This document shows positions 19,088-29,106 of a DNA stretch of 64,000 nt, piece after piece (position 1 is the stretch's first letter; every line of letters starts with the position of its first letter). The position numbers and the translations under genes are program-made. Under the pieces are notes generated by a model. The model saw only the letters and a list, made by a program, of their open reading frames with translations, was not told the DNA's origin and made no database searches. Source of the stretch: an uncultured archaeon (GTDB lineage: Archaea; Asgardarchaeota; Hermodarchaeia; Hermodarchaeales; Hermodarchaeaceae); NCBI GenBank assembly GCA_964347045.1, contig CAYFXC010000001.1:64001-128000 (forward strand). The letters run 5' to 3'.

Positions 19088-20575
19088 TCATTGTCTTTCT
19101 GATTGCCTTTGTTTGGCTCTCGGTTCAAAGGCAGTGATTCTCGAATATTCTTCAACTAAGGGCTCTTTCCAATTCCAACAGCCCTTTTCAGAATCGTAGG
19201 TTTCAAACGTTAAAGGCCACCCACCATTTTCCGGACCACTGATGTAAACATCAGATTTCGTATGAAGATACTTGCTAAGATAGTAACGAATCAGTGAGAA
19301 GGACCCAGGCGGTAATGTTGCATATATGAAGAGTTCCTTCTCTCCTGTATGATATTCGATCAGTTGTCGTATCCACGCTTGGGGCAACTCATTGACTATT
19401 CCTAGTAATCGAGCATCATTTTCTTTCATTCGAATAATAACATCTTCGAGCAATCCGATTCTTCTTATCAGTGGTTTAGGTTGTAGAACCTCGAGTTCAA
19501 ATAGTCTCGATCTTCGACGACTAGTTTGAGATATGCTCATCTCAGCGATTGATGCAAGCTTTTCTAGCTTCATTCGTGCATCTGATGCCAACAAAGGAAT
19601 CAGTTGCTTGTCCTTGTTATCTGGGATGTAAAGACGATGATGTTGTTGTTCATCGTTACGAACTTCTAGGGGCTGATCAAAATAGGAATCGTGAAGCAAA
19701 TGAGCTCCAATGAATAGTTTTCGCCAGTCAATGTCCCAACGGTGTTTGTTCGTCTGATAATGAGTAAATTCAACGATTTGGCCCATATCTTCGAAAAGAT
19801 ACAAAGTATGGGTAGTATCAAAGTGTAGGTCGAGAAAATTTGGAAGCTGGGAAAGCTGCTCTTCAGGTACAGCCATGAGGTATAATGCGCGTCTTACATT
19901 TCCCGCGAGTTCGATATACGAAAGTATGTATGAACTTTTAATTGAAGTTTTTGTATCATGAAGTTCGATGAATACTGGGACCAATCCTAGACTGCGATAA
20001 TTTACCTGTGCTGGAATTCGACAAATATTCAATCTTCGTAAACGGTTCCATCGGTTGCGTATTTTCTTGTAGGAAATTCCTAGTAATCTTGCGAGTACTG
20101 GGATCGTAATCATTGGCATTTTACAAAAGGCTTTGATGATACTGATATCAAGAGGAGATACGGGAAAAATCGTGAATTTACAAAGCTCGGTTGCCAAAAT
20201 CCAAAACTGTTCAACAGATAATGGAGTAGTTGTGCATTCGGCTACCGAATGAAGCAATGGAAGCATGCGTTCAAGGAATTGTCCATCTAATTTTCCGTCC
20301 CACTCGACGAAATCAGGCAATCCACGGTACCCACCAGGTTCAAACGTTACTTTGAACTTGGAAAAAGATGAATCTATGCAACTGCGAAGCCAACCAAGTT
20401 TTCCTGAGAGTTTACTTGTAAAGAATTCTTCGAAGTCGTCTCTTACAATTTTGGGCAAAATAGGTGGTAGCCAATAATCTAGTATCTGACTTGGTGTGGT
20501 GTTGGCTGCATCGGAAATCTCTCGCCACGGTTTACATCTCAGATGTTTAGCTACCAAGTCCAGATTTAGTCGCAT
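19088..20575 (-). CDS. Large regulator with two Lrp/AsnC-like HTH domains
   Basis: LARLLGISYKKIRNRWNRL and DARMKLEKLASIAEMSISQTSRR motifs. Confidence 0.65.
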   Translation of the reverse strand: MRLNLDLVAKHLRCKPWREISDAANTTPSQILDYWLPPILPKIVRDDFEEFFTSKLSGKLGWLRSCIDSSFSKFKVTFEPGGYRGLPDFVEWDGKLDGQFLERMLPLLHSVAECTTTPLSVEQFWILATELCKFTIFPVSPLDISIIKAFCKMPMITIPVLARLLGISYKKIRNRWNRLRRLNICRIPAQVNYRSLGLVPVFIELHDTKTSIKSSYILSYIELAGNVRRALYLMAVPEEQLSQLPNFLDLHFDTTHTLYLFEDMGQIVEFTHYQTNKHRWDIDWRKLFIGAHLLHDSYFDQPLEVRNDEQQHHRLYIPDNKDKQLIPLLASDARMKLEKLASIAEMSISQTSRRRSRLFELEVLQPKPLIRRIGLLEDVIIRMKENDARLLGIVNELPQAWIRQLIEYHTGEKELFIYATLPPGSFSLIRYYLSKYLHTKSDVYISGPENGGWPLTFETYDSEKGCWNWKEPLVEEYSRITAFEPRAKQRQSERQ

Positions 20576-20643
20576 AAGCCTACATCAGAGAAATAATAGC
20601 TTTCATTGAAAAACCCCACAAAAACGCGCGTTTTCGAATGAAA

Positions 20644-21768
20644 TTAGCTCACTGAACGAAACTCTAAACCAAGTCTTTCTGCATAATCGTAGGCTTGGCG
20701 CATTTCTTCTTGTGAAACCCGAGATGATATGTCAGTGAATATTTTTGGTTGGCGTAAGACTTGCCACATGGGTCGATACTGTGCCATGATGTTGACTAAA
20801 GCTTTGGGTGTGTTTTCTGAAATCCAATCTAGAATGGGAATTACACAGCACTGAAGATGATTAGGAAGTACAAGGACTCGAATGATCATTTCTTTTGTGC
20901 CTTTTTCATATGCTGCTTTGATATTACGTGTAACAAAGGCTGTATAGTGTTTAGCATCAGAAATTCTTTCAGCACATTGGTCAGAGAAATATTTGAGGTC
21001 TGGAAGCCAAAAATCGATGATGTCAATTAGCAGTTTCATCGATTCCTCGGATAGATACATATTGGAATTCCAAAGTTGAGTGATATTGAATTGTTGATGC
21101 TTCATTGATGAAATTATGGTATGAAGATGGGGTGTAGGGTCTCCTCCTACATAGTTAATGTTCTTTGCACCTTGCGATGCTAGTTCATCAGCAATCGAGG
21201 CTAATTGTTTTGGAGAAATGGCACTACCATTTGTAGGATTACAAGAAATGTCATGGTTTTGGCAATGAGCACAACGAAAATTGCAGCCACTGAAAAAAAT
21301 AGTTCCAGATGGTACAAGAGGTGCCTCTTCTCCTGTATGGAGAAAAGCAGATGAAACATAACTTGTATCATCAACTTTGCAAAAGCCTAATTTTGTACTT
21401 CTGTCGATGTTACATCGGCGTTCACAAAAATAACACTGTTGAAACATATGATTTGCTAAGACAATTTTCAAATCCAGAAAAGACTGTGACGGGAGAGTTT
21501 CAAGTTCGAAATCATTTCCTTCTTTGACTTCTTTAATTTGCTTATCAAGGAGATTATGTGCTTGTTGATGAAGTTTCCATAAATCAGGCAAAGGATCACT
21601 AGGTTTGAAATCAATAGGAATATTTCGTACTAGGAGGTATCGAGCAGGAAGTTTAAGATCAATTATTGATCGGTATCGGGAAAACCGTTTTTTAACGACG
21701 TCTTTTGACCAAACAGTCATCGCGTCGCTTCTTGTGAACCTCCACATGTAAACTGCTCCAGTATTCAA
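20644..21768 (-). CDS. Radical SAM protein (PflX-like)
   Basis: GCNFRCAHCQN, CYFCERRC, HTGEEAPLVPSGTIFF, GGDPTP; true start may be slightly downstream. Confidence 0.9.
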   Translation of the reverse strand: MNTGAVYMWRFTRSDAMTVWSKDVVKKRFSRYRSIIDLKLPARYLLVRNIPIDFKPSDPLPDLWKLHQQAHNLLDKQIKEVKEGNDFELETLPSQSFLDLKIVLANHMFQQCYFCERRCNIDRSTKLGFCKVDDTSYVSSAFLHTGEEAPLVPSGTIFFSGCNFRCAHCQNHDISCNPTNGSAISPKQLASIADELASQGAKNINYVGGDPTPHLHTIISSMKHQQFNITQLWNSNMYLSEESMKLLIDIIDFWLPDLKYFSDQCAERISDAKHYTAFVTRNIKAAYEKGTKEMIIRVLVLPNHLQCCVIPILDWISENTPKALVNIMAQYRPMWQVLRQPKIFTDISSRVSQEEMRQAYDYAERLGLEFRSVS

Positions 21769-21869
21769 AATACGCTTTTTGAATTATTAATTCCCTTCCT
21801 TTAATTGGATTCATCAAATTTTAGGAGTTTTTGTATCTATTCGGAAGAATAGGGTAGGGTGAAAGAACT

Positions 21870-22118
21870 ATAATCCTTCAAATTTCACCGCTTCAAAATC
21901 TTCTCGAAACACTTACTTCCTATCTAATAACTACTTGGGGAATTGTTATTCTTGTTGGCACGTTTGCCTCTGCATTGCTCATCGCAACTGGTTTTATTTA
22001 TTGGTTTACGGGCGTTAATCCGAAAAAGGGGAAGAACATGATTTTTGGAGGTATTATCTTATTCATAATAATGCAGCTATTGGCGTTTAATCCTCCATGG
22101 CAAATTATTCTTGGTTAA
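21870..22118 (+). CDS. Small two-TM protein, TrbC/VirB2-pilin-like (not in ORF track; apparent ATA start)
   Basis: 82-aa frame IILQISPLQNLLETLTSYLITTWGIVILVGTFASALLIATGFIYWFTGVNPKKGKNMIFGGIILFIIMQLLAFNPPWQIILG*; GGTGA SD-like motif 7 nt upstream; fills an intergenic gap. Confidence 0.65.
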   Translation: MILQISPLQNLLETLTSYLITTWGIVILVGTFASALLIATGFIYWFTGVNPKKGKNMIFGGIILFIIMQLLAFNPPWQIILG

Positions 22119-22133
22119 AATGGCTAGATTGTT

Positions 22134-22631
22134 TCAAAATGATGTGTGAAGAAATGCGATTTTAACTGCTTCTTTGCTGGTTCTAGCAATGTGAATATCG
22201 GCGTCAGGAAACAATGACTGGTTCTTTATAATCATTTGAGTAACTCCTCCTGTTCCTTTCATTAGAATTAACCGTTTATTCAATGCTATAGCATAGCCAA
22301 TCTCACTAAGAGTTCCACCGGATCCTGCCAGACTGATTATTGCATCGCTTGAAACTATGTTGATATAATTTCTGGCATAACCAATACCGGTAGCGAGTGG
22401 TATGTCAACGAAGGGATTTACTCCGGAATGTTGGTGCTCTGGTAAGATTCCGACAGTGATACCATTAACTGTTTTAGCGCCCCTTGATGCTGCTTCCATA
22501 ACCCCGTCTTTTCCCCCTGAAATCAGTACTGCTCCTCGTCGTCCAATTTCTTGACCTATTTCTTCGGCAATTTTTGATATTTCTTGAGATATTTTTCCAC
22601 TACTCCCAATAACTGCTATACGGATTTGCAT
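22134..22631 (-). CDS. LOG-family Rossmann-fold protein (TIGR00725-like)
   Basis: IAVIGSS, GGKDGVMEAASRGA, TGIGYARN, GGTLSEI; start at ATG 22631. Confidence 0.9.
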   Translation of the reverse strand: MQIRIAVIGSSGKISQEISKIAEEIGQEIGRRGAVLISGGKDGVMEAASRGAKTVNGITVGILPEHQHSGVNPFVDIPLATGIGYARNYINIVSSDAIISLAGSGGTLSEIGYAIALNKRLILMKGTGGVTQMIIKNQSLFPDADIHIARTSKEAVKIAFLHTSF

Positions 22632-22644
22632 AATGATTTCCTCC

Positions 22645-24744
22645 TTATTGCAAGCCTCTCCTTTTCTTGATTTCAGATATAATGGATACAGCGCGTTGTT
22701 CGGGGACAACTTGCCATCGAGCGAATTTCGTTTGCCAAATCGCTTTGCCTGACGTTTTCGAGCGTAATGTGTCAGCTAAGTCGAAGGACTCACCAACAGG
22801 TAAAGATCCGGTAATTGTTACCCAGTCTCTAGTGAATTCCACATCATCTACTTGTCCTCTTTTGGACATAATGACCTTATCAGTTTCCTTATGAAAATCA
22901 TTAGGGACAATAACTTGTATACTATAGATTGGTTCGAGAAGAGTAATTCCCGCTTTATTAAATCCAACGAAGATTGCCTCTCGTATCATGGACATTAGTT
23001 CTACTCTACTTCTTTCTGCTGGTTCAGAACTAAGCATAATATCCTCAATTTGAATTGAGGTGAGGCCGACTGGTTCTGCACATAGCGGTCCGCGTTCCAT
23101 TGCCCATTCGAATCCAGCTATTATTGCATCTTTTGCGGTTGGTGTTATTATGGTGTCTGTGAAATTGATGAGAATATTACCGCGAGAGTCCTTTTGCCAG
23201 ATATTCTCTTTTTTAATCATCTCTTTTTGAGGATAAACAGAGATGCGAATTGAATTCTTTCCGTTTGGGCTCATGTGATGTTTGTCTAATGTTATGTGGC
23301 TTCTAACTGTCTCGCGATAAAGTACAATTGGGTCTGATGCATATACTTGTATTCCAGCTTTTTCAATATCTTTCACAGCAATTTCCAAATGTAATAATCC
23401 CAATCCAGAAAGTAGATTTTCTCCAGTTTGTTCATTAACCAAAAACACAAGATTGGGGTCACCTTTGGTGAGGTTTTTGAAGAAGCTCAGTAACCGTGGT
23501 AAATCCTTCGTTTGTTTTGGCTCGATTGCTATGGTTACTACTGGTTCGCTAAGGTACGTTATTTCTTCAAATGGAACCATGCCTTGTATATTTTGTTGAC
23601 CGGTTATCGTATCGCCTGCCCGAACTTCTTCTGAACCAATTATGCCACAAATGTTACCTGCCGTTAAAGATGGAATTACTACTTGGCGTGAACCCATAAA
23701 CAAAGTAACTCGTTGAGTTTTGAATAATTTATTTGATGGGAAAATTTGTATCTGCGTTCCTCTTCTGATGGTACCTGAGAATAATCGACCAACGGCGATT
23801 AGGCCATGTTTGGATTCAGTAATTATTTTGGTGACACTAACAATAAGAGGGCCTTCTGAGTCACATGAACGAAGAGCTTTCCCTGCAGGAGAATTGATTT
23901 TACCTTTCCAAATGTATTGTACACGATCATTTTGAGCACTTTTGGGAGAAGGTAATTGACCAAGTATCATATTCAATATGGGCTCGTGAATAGGTAACAA
24001 TTGACTAAGATCCTCGATTGCATCACGTTGATATTTTTCAATAATGTCTTGAAATTGAAGATTTACTTTTTGAATTGACTCTACTGTGAATGCCCACTTA
24101 TGAAGAGCAGAACCAAAAGCCACCGTGTTAGTATCAGTTCCCACCTTCCAATTTACACTCGAATTTTCAGATGCAAACGTAATTATTTTGTTAACATCTT
24201 GAATTATCTGTGATAGCCGTTCTTGAATTTGCTTTGGTGAAAGTTTCAGTTCGCGAATAAGACGATCAATCTTGTTAATGAATAAAACAGGTTTAACTCG
24301 TTCTTTAATTGCCGATCGAATTACACTTTCTGTTTGAGCCATAACGCCTTCGACAGCATCTACAACTACGACCGCCCCATCAATAGCCCGTAAAGCACGT
24401 GTCACTTTTCCACTAAAATCAACATGACCTGGAGTATCAACTAGATTGACCACATATTGGGACCCTTGATAGTCATGGAGAAGCGAGATATTAGCGGCTT
24501 TGATTGTTATTGAGGCGTCTATGGTTCACCGAAAGACGTTTCCTCGCCGCTGCTCTTCTTCCAAATAGTCTAATGCTCGGGCTTGACCCACAAGATTGTA
24601 AGAAAGCATTCCGGCATTGGCTAGTAACGAGTCTGTAAGGGTCGTTTTTCCATGATCAATATGCGCAATTATCCCAACATTTCGAATATGGTCAGGATTT
24701 TTCATGAGTTCTAATAGTTCTTCGATACGTTGTTGACGGCTCAT
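22645..24744 (-). CDS. fusA: Elongation factor 2 paralog, two exons: join(24744..24540,24509..22645), 689 aa after splicing
   Basis: Exon 1: AHIDHGKTT...EEEQRRG; exon 2: [10 protein letters not shown]...[35 protein letters not shown]; diphthamide loop HRG replaced by ERS. Confidence 0.9.
24510..24539 (-). other. Putative BHB/BHL-type intron (30 nt) in the EF-2 paralog mRNA
   Basis: GAGG-AA^A-CGUCU...AGACG-CCUC-AA^U; contains an in-frame UGA; excision restores CGA GGA AUA ACA AUC (RGITI). Confidence 0.85.
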
Positions 24745-24866
24745 GATGCTACTCCAACATCCACTATTTTCTGTAGAATTTTGTGTGTGATAGTGGCTTT
24801 CAAGTAGAGATAACTTAGTAACTATCTAAATATTGTGTAGCCTTTCTTTCTGTTCACCAAAAAATT

Positions 24867-26546
24867 CTAGACAAGCTCCAAAGTGGGTTGTTCATATACA
24901 ATCATGATTATCTGAATGGTTCCAAGAATGGTCAAATCATTCTCTGCAATGAGGGAGAACTCGTGGGGACCAAGAATGAAGTCCTCGTCAATAGACCATG
25001 AAAGAACGGCGTACCCTGATGTATTGGTTATTGATGTGCACCACGTTGAATTTGTTGCATTTTCAATTAGATGCAATGATACGTTGAATATTGGTTGGTA
25101 ATTCAATGTTGTAAGTTGTAAAACATAATTAACTTCATTTGGTCGGATAACATGAAGGGTGGAATTACAGAGAAACCGTAGATTACGAGTATTAGTAACT
25201 TTAACCTCAGTTTCAGCATAATTAAATTCAGGATAGCCATGAAAAACTACTTTGAAATTAAAATCCTCATTCACGACGTTTTGCGCCTGCCATTGGAATT
25301 CTGCACAGCCGGTTTGGTCTAATGTAATTTGTGCAAGTAAAATCCATGTAGATTGATTAAATAGGTAGATTGAGCAGATTTTGTCTTGGATAGGCTTTTG
25401 GGAAGAAATGTCAGCGACGTTTAAATTAAATTCGATAATATCTCCATAAGCTGCTTCTGAACAGTTTGGTGTAAACGATATCTTTGCTTGCCGGTGTATG
25501 ACACTTATTGGTATTGAGGTATTGACGGGATTATGGTCGGGTGCAAAAGTTTCAATAACTAGGGAATATTCGCTGGGTAAGGATGGGGCAATAATATCTG
25601 TAGAAAAATAGTTTGATCCAATGTAAGTAAGATTTTGGGATATATTCCCTAAAGAGCAGCTAACATTGGCTTCCTTAAATGCATGATTCGCTGACTGACA
25701 ATCAAGGCTAGCTGAAACTAGAATCGAATAGTTGTTCATTGAAGGATAGAAAGCCTGGACTGTTGTAGTATTTGTTGTTACGGAGATATTGAGTTTAGCT
25801 TTAGCGATTTTTAATGGGACAGTTAAATTCGTGGTTTTATAGTCATTTGAGACAAGTGAATTGATTATACACTCAAAATCACCAGTTCCAAGTAAAGTCG
25901 AATTGATGAATTGAGTGAAATTATTGGCTGAGTCAGTTTGTAGGTTCCAAGATTGAATAGCTTGACTATTTTGAATGACTGAAATTGCTAAAGGCTGATT
26001 GGGAACCAAGAGCGACGAATTGTGTGAGTTAAAAAGCGCACCTGAAAGGTTGAAGAACTCATGAAATGTAATTTGAGAAGGGAGTGGGTTAACGACAATT
26101 AGCAGGTCACTTTGCATAATTTGAAATTGCTGCTGAACCGAGTCAGTCATTGATCCAATTGAATCTTGTACCCAACCTTCAACCTGGACGACACCAACTT
26201 GACCTGTCTCGTTTGGTGTCCAATCATCAGGAGAAATGTCAAAGGTCATTGTCTCGTGAACATCAAATCCATGTTTAGTGAACTCATAGGATGAAAGTGG
26301 GATGGATAATCCTTGAATACCGATCGAAACACTCACTGAACCTATTCCGAGGGGATCCATCGGATTGTAATACAGATCATAAACTAGGTTTACTTGAAAC
26401 CTTTCACCTACTTCAAGAGACGCCTGATTCAAAGTCACTGAAACAATTTGGATAAAACAATCATCAGTCATTACAGAGTGAAATGAGAATGTGAGGGGAA
26501 GAACAAGGATTGTCAATAGTAATAGAACAATAGGTAAACGCTTCAT
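24867..26546 (-). CDS. Secreted Ig-like repeat protein
   Basis: Signal peptide, beta-rich, many N-glycosylation sequons, LDQTGCAEF / TNTSGYAVLSW repeats. Confidence 0.7.
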   Translation of the reverse strand: MKRLPIVLLLLTILVLPLTFSFHSVMTDDCFIQIVSVTLNQASLEVGERFQVNLVYDLYYNPMDPLGIGSVSVSIGIQGLSIPLSSYEFTKHGFDVHETMTFDISPDDWTPNETGQVGVVQVEGWVQDSIGSMTDSVQQQFQIMQSDLLIVVNPLPSQITFHEFFNLSGALFNSHNSSLLVPNQPLAISVIQNSQAIQSWNLQTDSANNFTQFINSTLLGTGDFECIINSLVSNDYKTTNLTVPLKIAKAKLNISVTTNTTTVQAFYPSMNNYSILVSASLDCQSANHAFKEANVSCSLGNISQNLTYIGSNYFSTDIIAPSLPSEYSLVIETFAPDHNPVNTSIPISVIHRQAKISFTPNCSEAAYGDIIEFNLNVADISSQKPIQDKICSIYLFNQSTWILLAQITLDQTGCAEFQWQAQNVVNEDFNFKVVFHGYPEFNYAETEVKVTNTRNLRFLCNSTLHVIRPNEVNYVLQLTTLNYQPIFNVSLHLIENATNSTWCTSITNTSGYAVLSWSIDEDFILGPHEFSLIAENDLTILGTIQIIMIVYEQPTLELV

Positions 26547-26772
26547 TCCGCTTTTTTATTTTGAAAGAATAATTAAACCCCCAGATTTCTTTTCTAGCCT
26601 AATGATTTTTCTTGGAGAATTCTGTAACATCAGACTCCATCCGAACAACCAACCAAGTTAGCCACTCCAGCTCCGTCCGGTGCTCACGAGCATACCGAAC
26701 CACATCCACGTCCTCTGGATTTCTAAACACATCGAGTTCTAATGTAAGATTTTGGTGTTTATTTTCAGTAAT

Positions 26773-27165
26773 TTAGGTGGTTTTTTTTCGAAAACTAATC
26801 GGCATTCCTGAGCGTAGTGCTTCAAAAACTGTAACATAGGTATTTGATGTAATTTTGCCGACAGGGTTAACTTTCCCATATGGTTTCATGTTATCGAAAA
26901 AAAGGCATATTGCATCTCCCTGAGGCCAATAAGCAATATCTCCAGCATTACATGAGGATATTGCTTTTTCTGAGCCCATGCGGATTCCAACTTCAAAGTA
27001 AAGCTCTTTTTTCCAAAGGTGTATCCGACTGTTCATGGGGAGTATCTTGAGTATTTTTTCAACAGTGCGAGGGGAAAGAACGCTTCGTAGTTCTCCTTCC
27101 AAAATTACATTACTACTAAGGACAAATTCGACAGGGGTTTTCGAAGTGAATTCGGGATTGTTCAA
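26773..27165 (-). CDS. Cyclophilin-like fold protein (DUF369-like)
   Basis: SPRTVEKILKILP, ELYF, GDIAYWPQGDAICLFF, VNPVGKI. Confidence 0.85.
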   Translation of the reverse strand: MNNPEFTSKTPVEFVLSSNVILEGELRSVLSPRTVEKILKILPMNSRIHLWKKELYFEVGIRMGSEKAISSCNAGDIAYWPQGDAICLFFDNMKPYGKVNPVGKITSNTYVTVFEALRSGMPISFRKKTT

Positions 27166-27177
27166 GTATTCTCCCCG

Positions 27178-27495
27178 CTACGCTGGTGTTTTTGAATATA
27201 GCTTGAATTTTCCTTCTGAGGTTATTCGGTGAATTAAGCCTTTCATTTCTAGCTCAGTTAAAACCGCCTTTGCTATGCTTACTCTGACTCCATATTTTTG
27301 GGCAATAGCGCTGGGTGTAATTACTCGCATTGTCGGAATTTCTTTTTCCATTTCCTGTTTTTGTTCTTCGCTGATTATGAGCTCACGTCGTATGGTTTCG
27401 TGACTACGGCTTTTTGTTTCTTCCTGCTTTTTTGGGCTTTCTGATGGTTGTTTTGAAAGAGGTTTGTTTTTTTTTACCAAGTGAGCCACCGCCAT
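27178..27495 (-). CDS. rps25e: 30S ribosomal protein S25e
   Basis: KEIPTMRVITPSAIAQKYGVRVSIAKAVLTELEMKGLI. Confidence 0.9.
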   Translation of the reverse strand: MAVAHLVKKNKPLSKQPSESPKKQEETKSRSHETIRRELIISEEQKQEMEKEIPTMRVITPSAIAQKYGVRVSIAKAVLTELEMKGLIHRITSEGKFKLYSKTPA

Positions 27496-27558
27496 TGAAG
27501 GAAGAACGTTGTCCTTAAAGAGCTTTCTAAGCCACCTGAGCGACCGTTTTTTGTTTTT

Positions 27559-28965
27559 CTAGAAGCTGTTTTTTTTCTCTTTCAAAAGCGTAGTTAATTC
27601 ATGTTTGGTCTTAATAAGATGGATTCGATCTACTTGCGTGAAGTTAGAGACCAGCTTCTGGGCTAGTATGGTCGTTTGGGGGCACGCGAGCAAGAAAATA
27701 ACATTCTTCGTTTTGTCTTCTCGAAGAAACGTGAATATTTTTTGAAAAAGCCATTCAACATGGGTTGTATTTGCTTGTGGGATTATAAGAAATAACAAGT
27801 CATCAACTTGTGCATCCACTCTAAGGGGCAACTTGTCAATAAAGAGCTCCTTATCCTTCTCATATGAAAGTTCAAGACTTGAGAGCTGTTCAGCTAGCAT
27901 CTTTCTCCAATTCAACGGGGTGATTAAGCTTGATGAAGGATTCTTGCTAATTTTAGATTTAGAATCGGATTTTTTTGGAGAATGCCATGGGGTTAATAAT
28001 AAATTGATAATCATTGTAGCTGTTGTTGAGAATCCCAATTCTAGCTTTTGTTCATGGATTTGATTGCGCGCTAAAACATCACCGAATAATTGGATTGATT
28101 TAGAGGCAGGAATCTGACTTATGCAAAGAGCTTTCGGTTGTTGGTTTTGAATTGAAATATTATTAGCAGGATTATCAAATACAATAGTCAAAGACTTGGC
28201 AATTTGGGTTGCTTTCTCGGTTTTTTTTATTGGTAATATCATACGAATATTCTGAGTACCTTCTAAGATGCTCAGAATTGTGTGGAACTTGTCGAAATTT
28301 TCTGGTGTAAGGATTGCAAATGCTTTCTTTGCATTGATCATATCAGTTTGTATGTTTATGGCGTATTTTCCGCTGACAGAGATTTTTTGAAATCGTCCGG
28401 GAATTCCCATTGAGAAGTGGTTCGTAAGTTCATTCCCATTTAGAAGTTTGATATGTTGAGCTCCAAAAGCGGCTCTGAAGCTTTTCTTAATGTTATCAAG
28501 TAGCTCTCTTGTGTACGTCAAGAACGAGGATTTTTCTAGCTTGATATAGAAAGTTATGAAGCATGCTTTTTGATCTGTCCACTCGAATGCTAAGGTAGTC
28601 GACGCAGGTAATATTTTTAGAAGAATTGTCAAAGTTCGGTGAACGAAGGCTTTTTCAAAATTTGCTGCTACGAGTTTAAATGCGAAAAAAACGGCACAAC
28701 GATTCTTCGGTGACTGAAATATGAGAAGCCCCGATTCAAAAAGCGTTGAGGTCGATATGTCAAAAAATTCATGCTTCCTTTCAGATAACAATGTTCGTAA
28801 TACCAATACCGATGAAACGGCTATTACCGATGAAAAAATTACACTACTGAAATTCAAGCCTAGGTTAAAGAGAAGTAGAATAAGATACATGAAAAGGCTC
28901 ACACTAAGGCAAGTGAAAAACGTTGAAAGTGTCTGCTCATACCTTACCGTAATTGGTATCCTCAT
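27559..28965 (-). CDS. Hypothetical membrane-anchored protein
   Basis: 468-aa ORF with two N-terminal TM segments. Confidence 0.6.
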   Translation of the reverse strand: MRIPITVRYEQTLSTFFTCLSVSLFMYLILLLFNLGLNFSSVIFSSVIAVSSVLVLRTLLSERKHEFFDISTSTLFESGLLIFQSPKNRCAVFFAFKLVAANFEKAFVHRTLTILLKILPASTTLAFEWTDQKACFITFYIKLEKSSFLTYTRELLDNIKKSFRAAFGAQHIKLLNGNELTNHFSMGIPGRFQKISVSGKYAINIQTDMINAKKAFAILTPENFDKFHTILSILEGTQNIRMILPIKKTEKATQIAKSLTIVFDNPANNISIQNQQPKALCISQIPASKSIQLFGDVLARNQIHEQKLELGFSTTATMIINLLLTPWHSPKKSDSKSKISKNPSSSLITPLNWRKMLAEQLSSLELSYEKDKELFIDKLPLRVDAQVDDLLFLIIPQANTTHVEWLFQKIFTFLREDKTKNVIFLLACPQTTILAQKLVSNFTQVDRIHLIKTKHELTTLLKEKKNSF

Positions 28966-29106
28966 CTTTCTCTCTTTTTTCCTATAAATTAAAGGCTAAA
29001 AACTCGTAAAATTCTCGTCTTCTTGAAAAATCCTCAGCATTTTATCAATTAAATGAGTAAAGTTTAAGGCGAGCTAAGACTTTGCGGGGCTGAAAACCTA
29101 TTTGAG

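Noticed and set aside
24526-24528. UGA in the EF-2 paralog read as selenocysteine or readthrough
   Set aside because: Readthrough would leave 10 extra residues inside the RGITI switch-I motif, whereas the BHL fold predicts an exact excision; no SECIS was recognised
22645-24744. EF-2 pseudogene
   Set aside because: Only one lesion, all GTPase motifs are intact, and the lesion has splice-motif geometry
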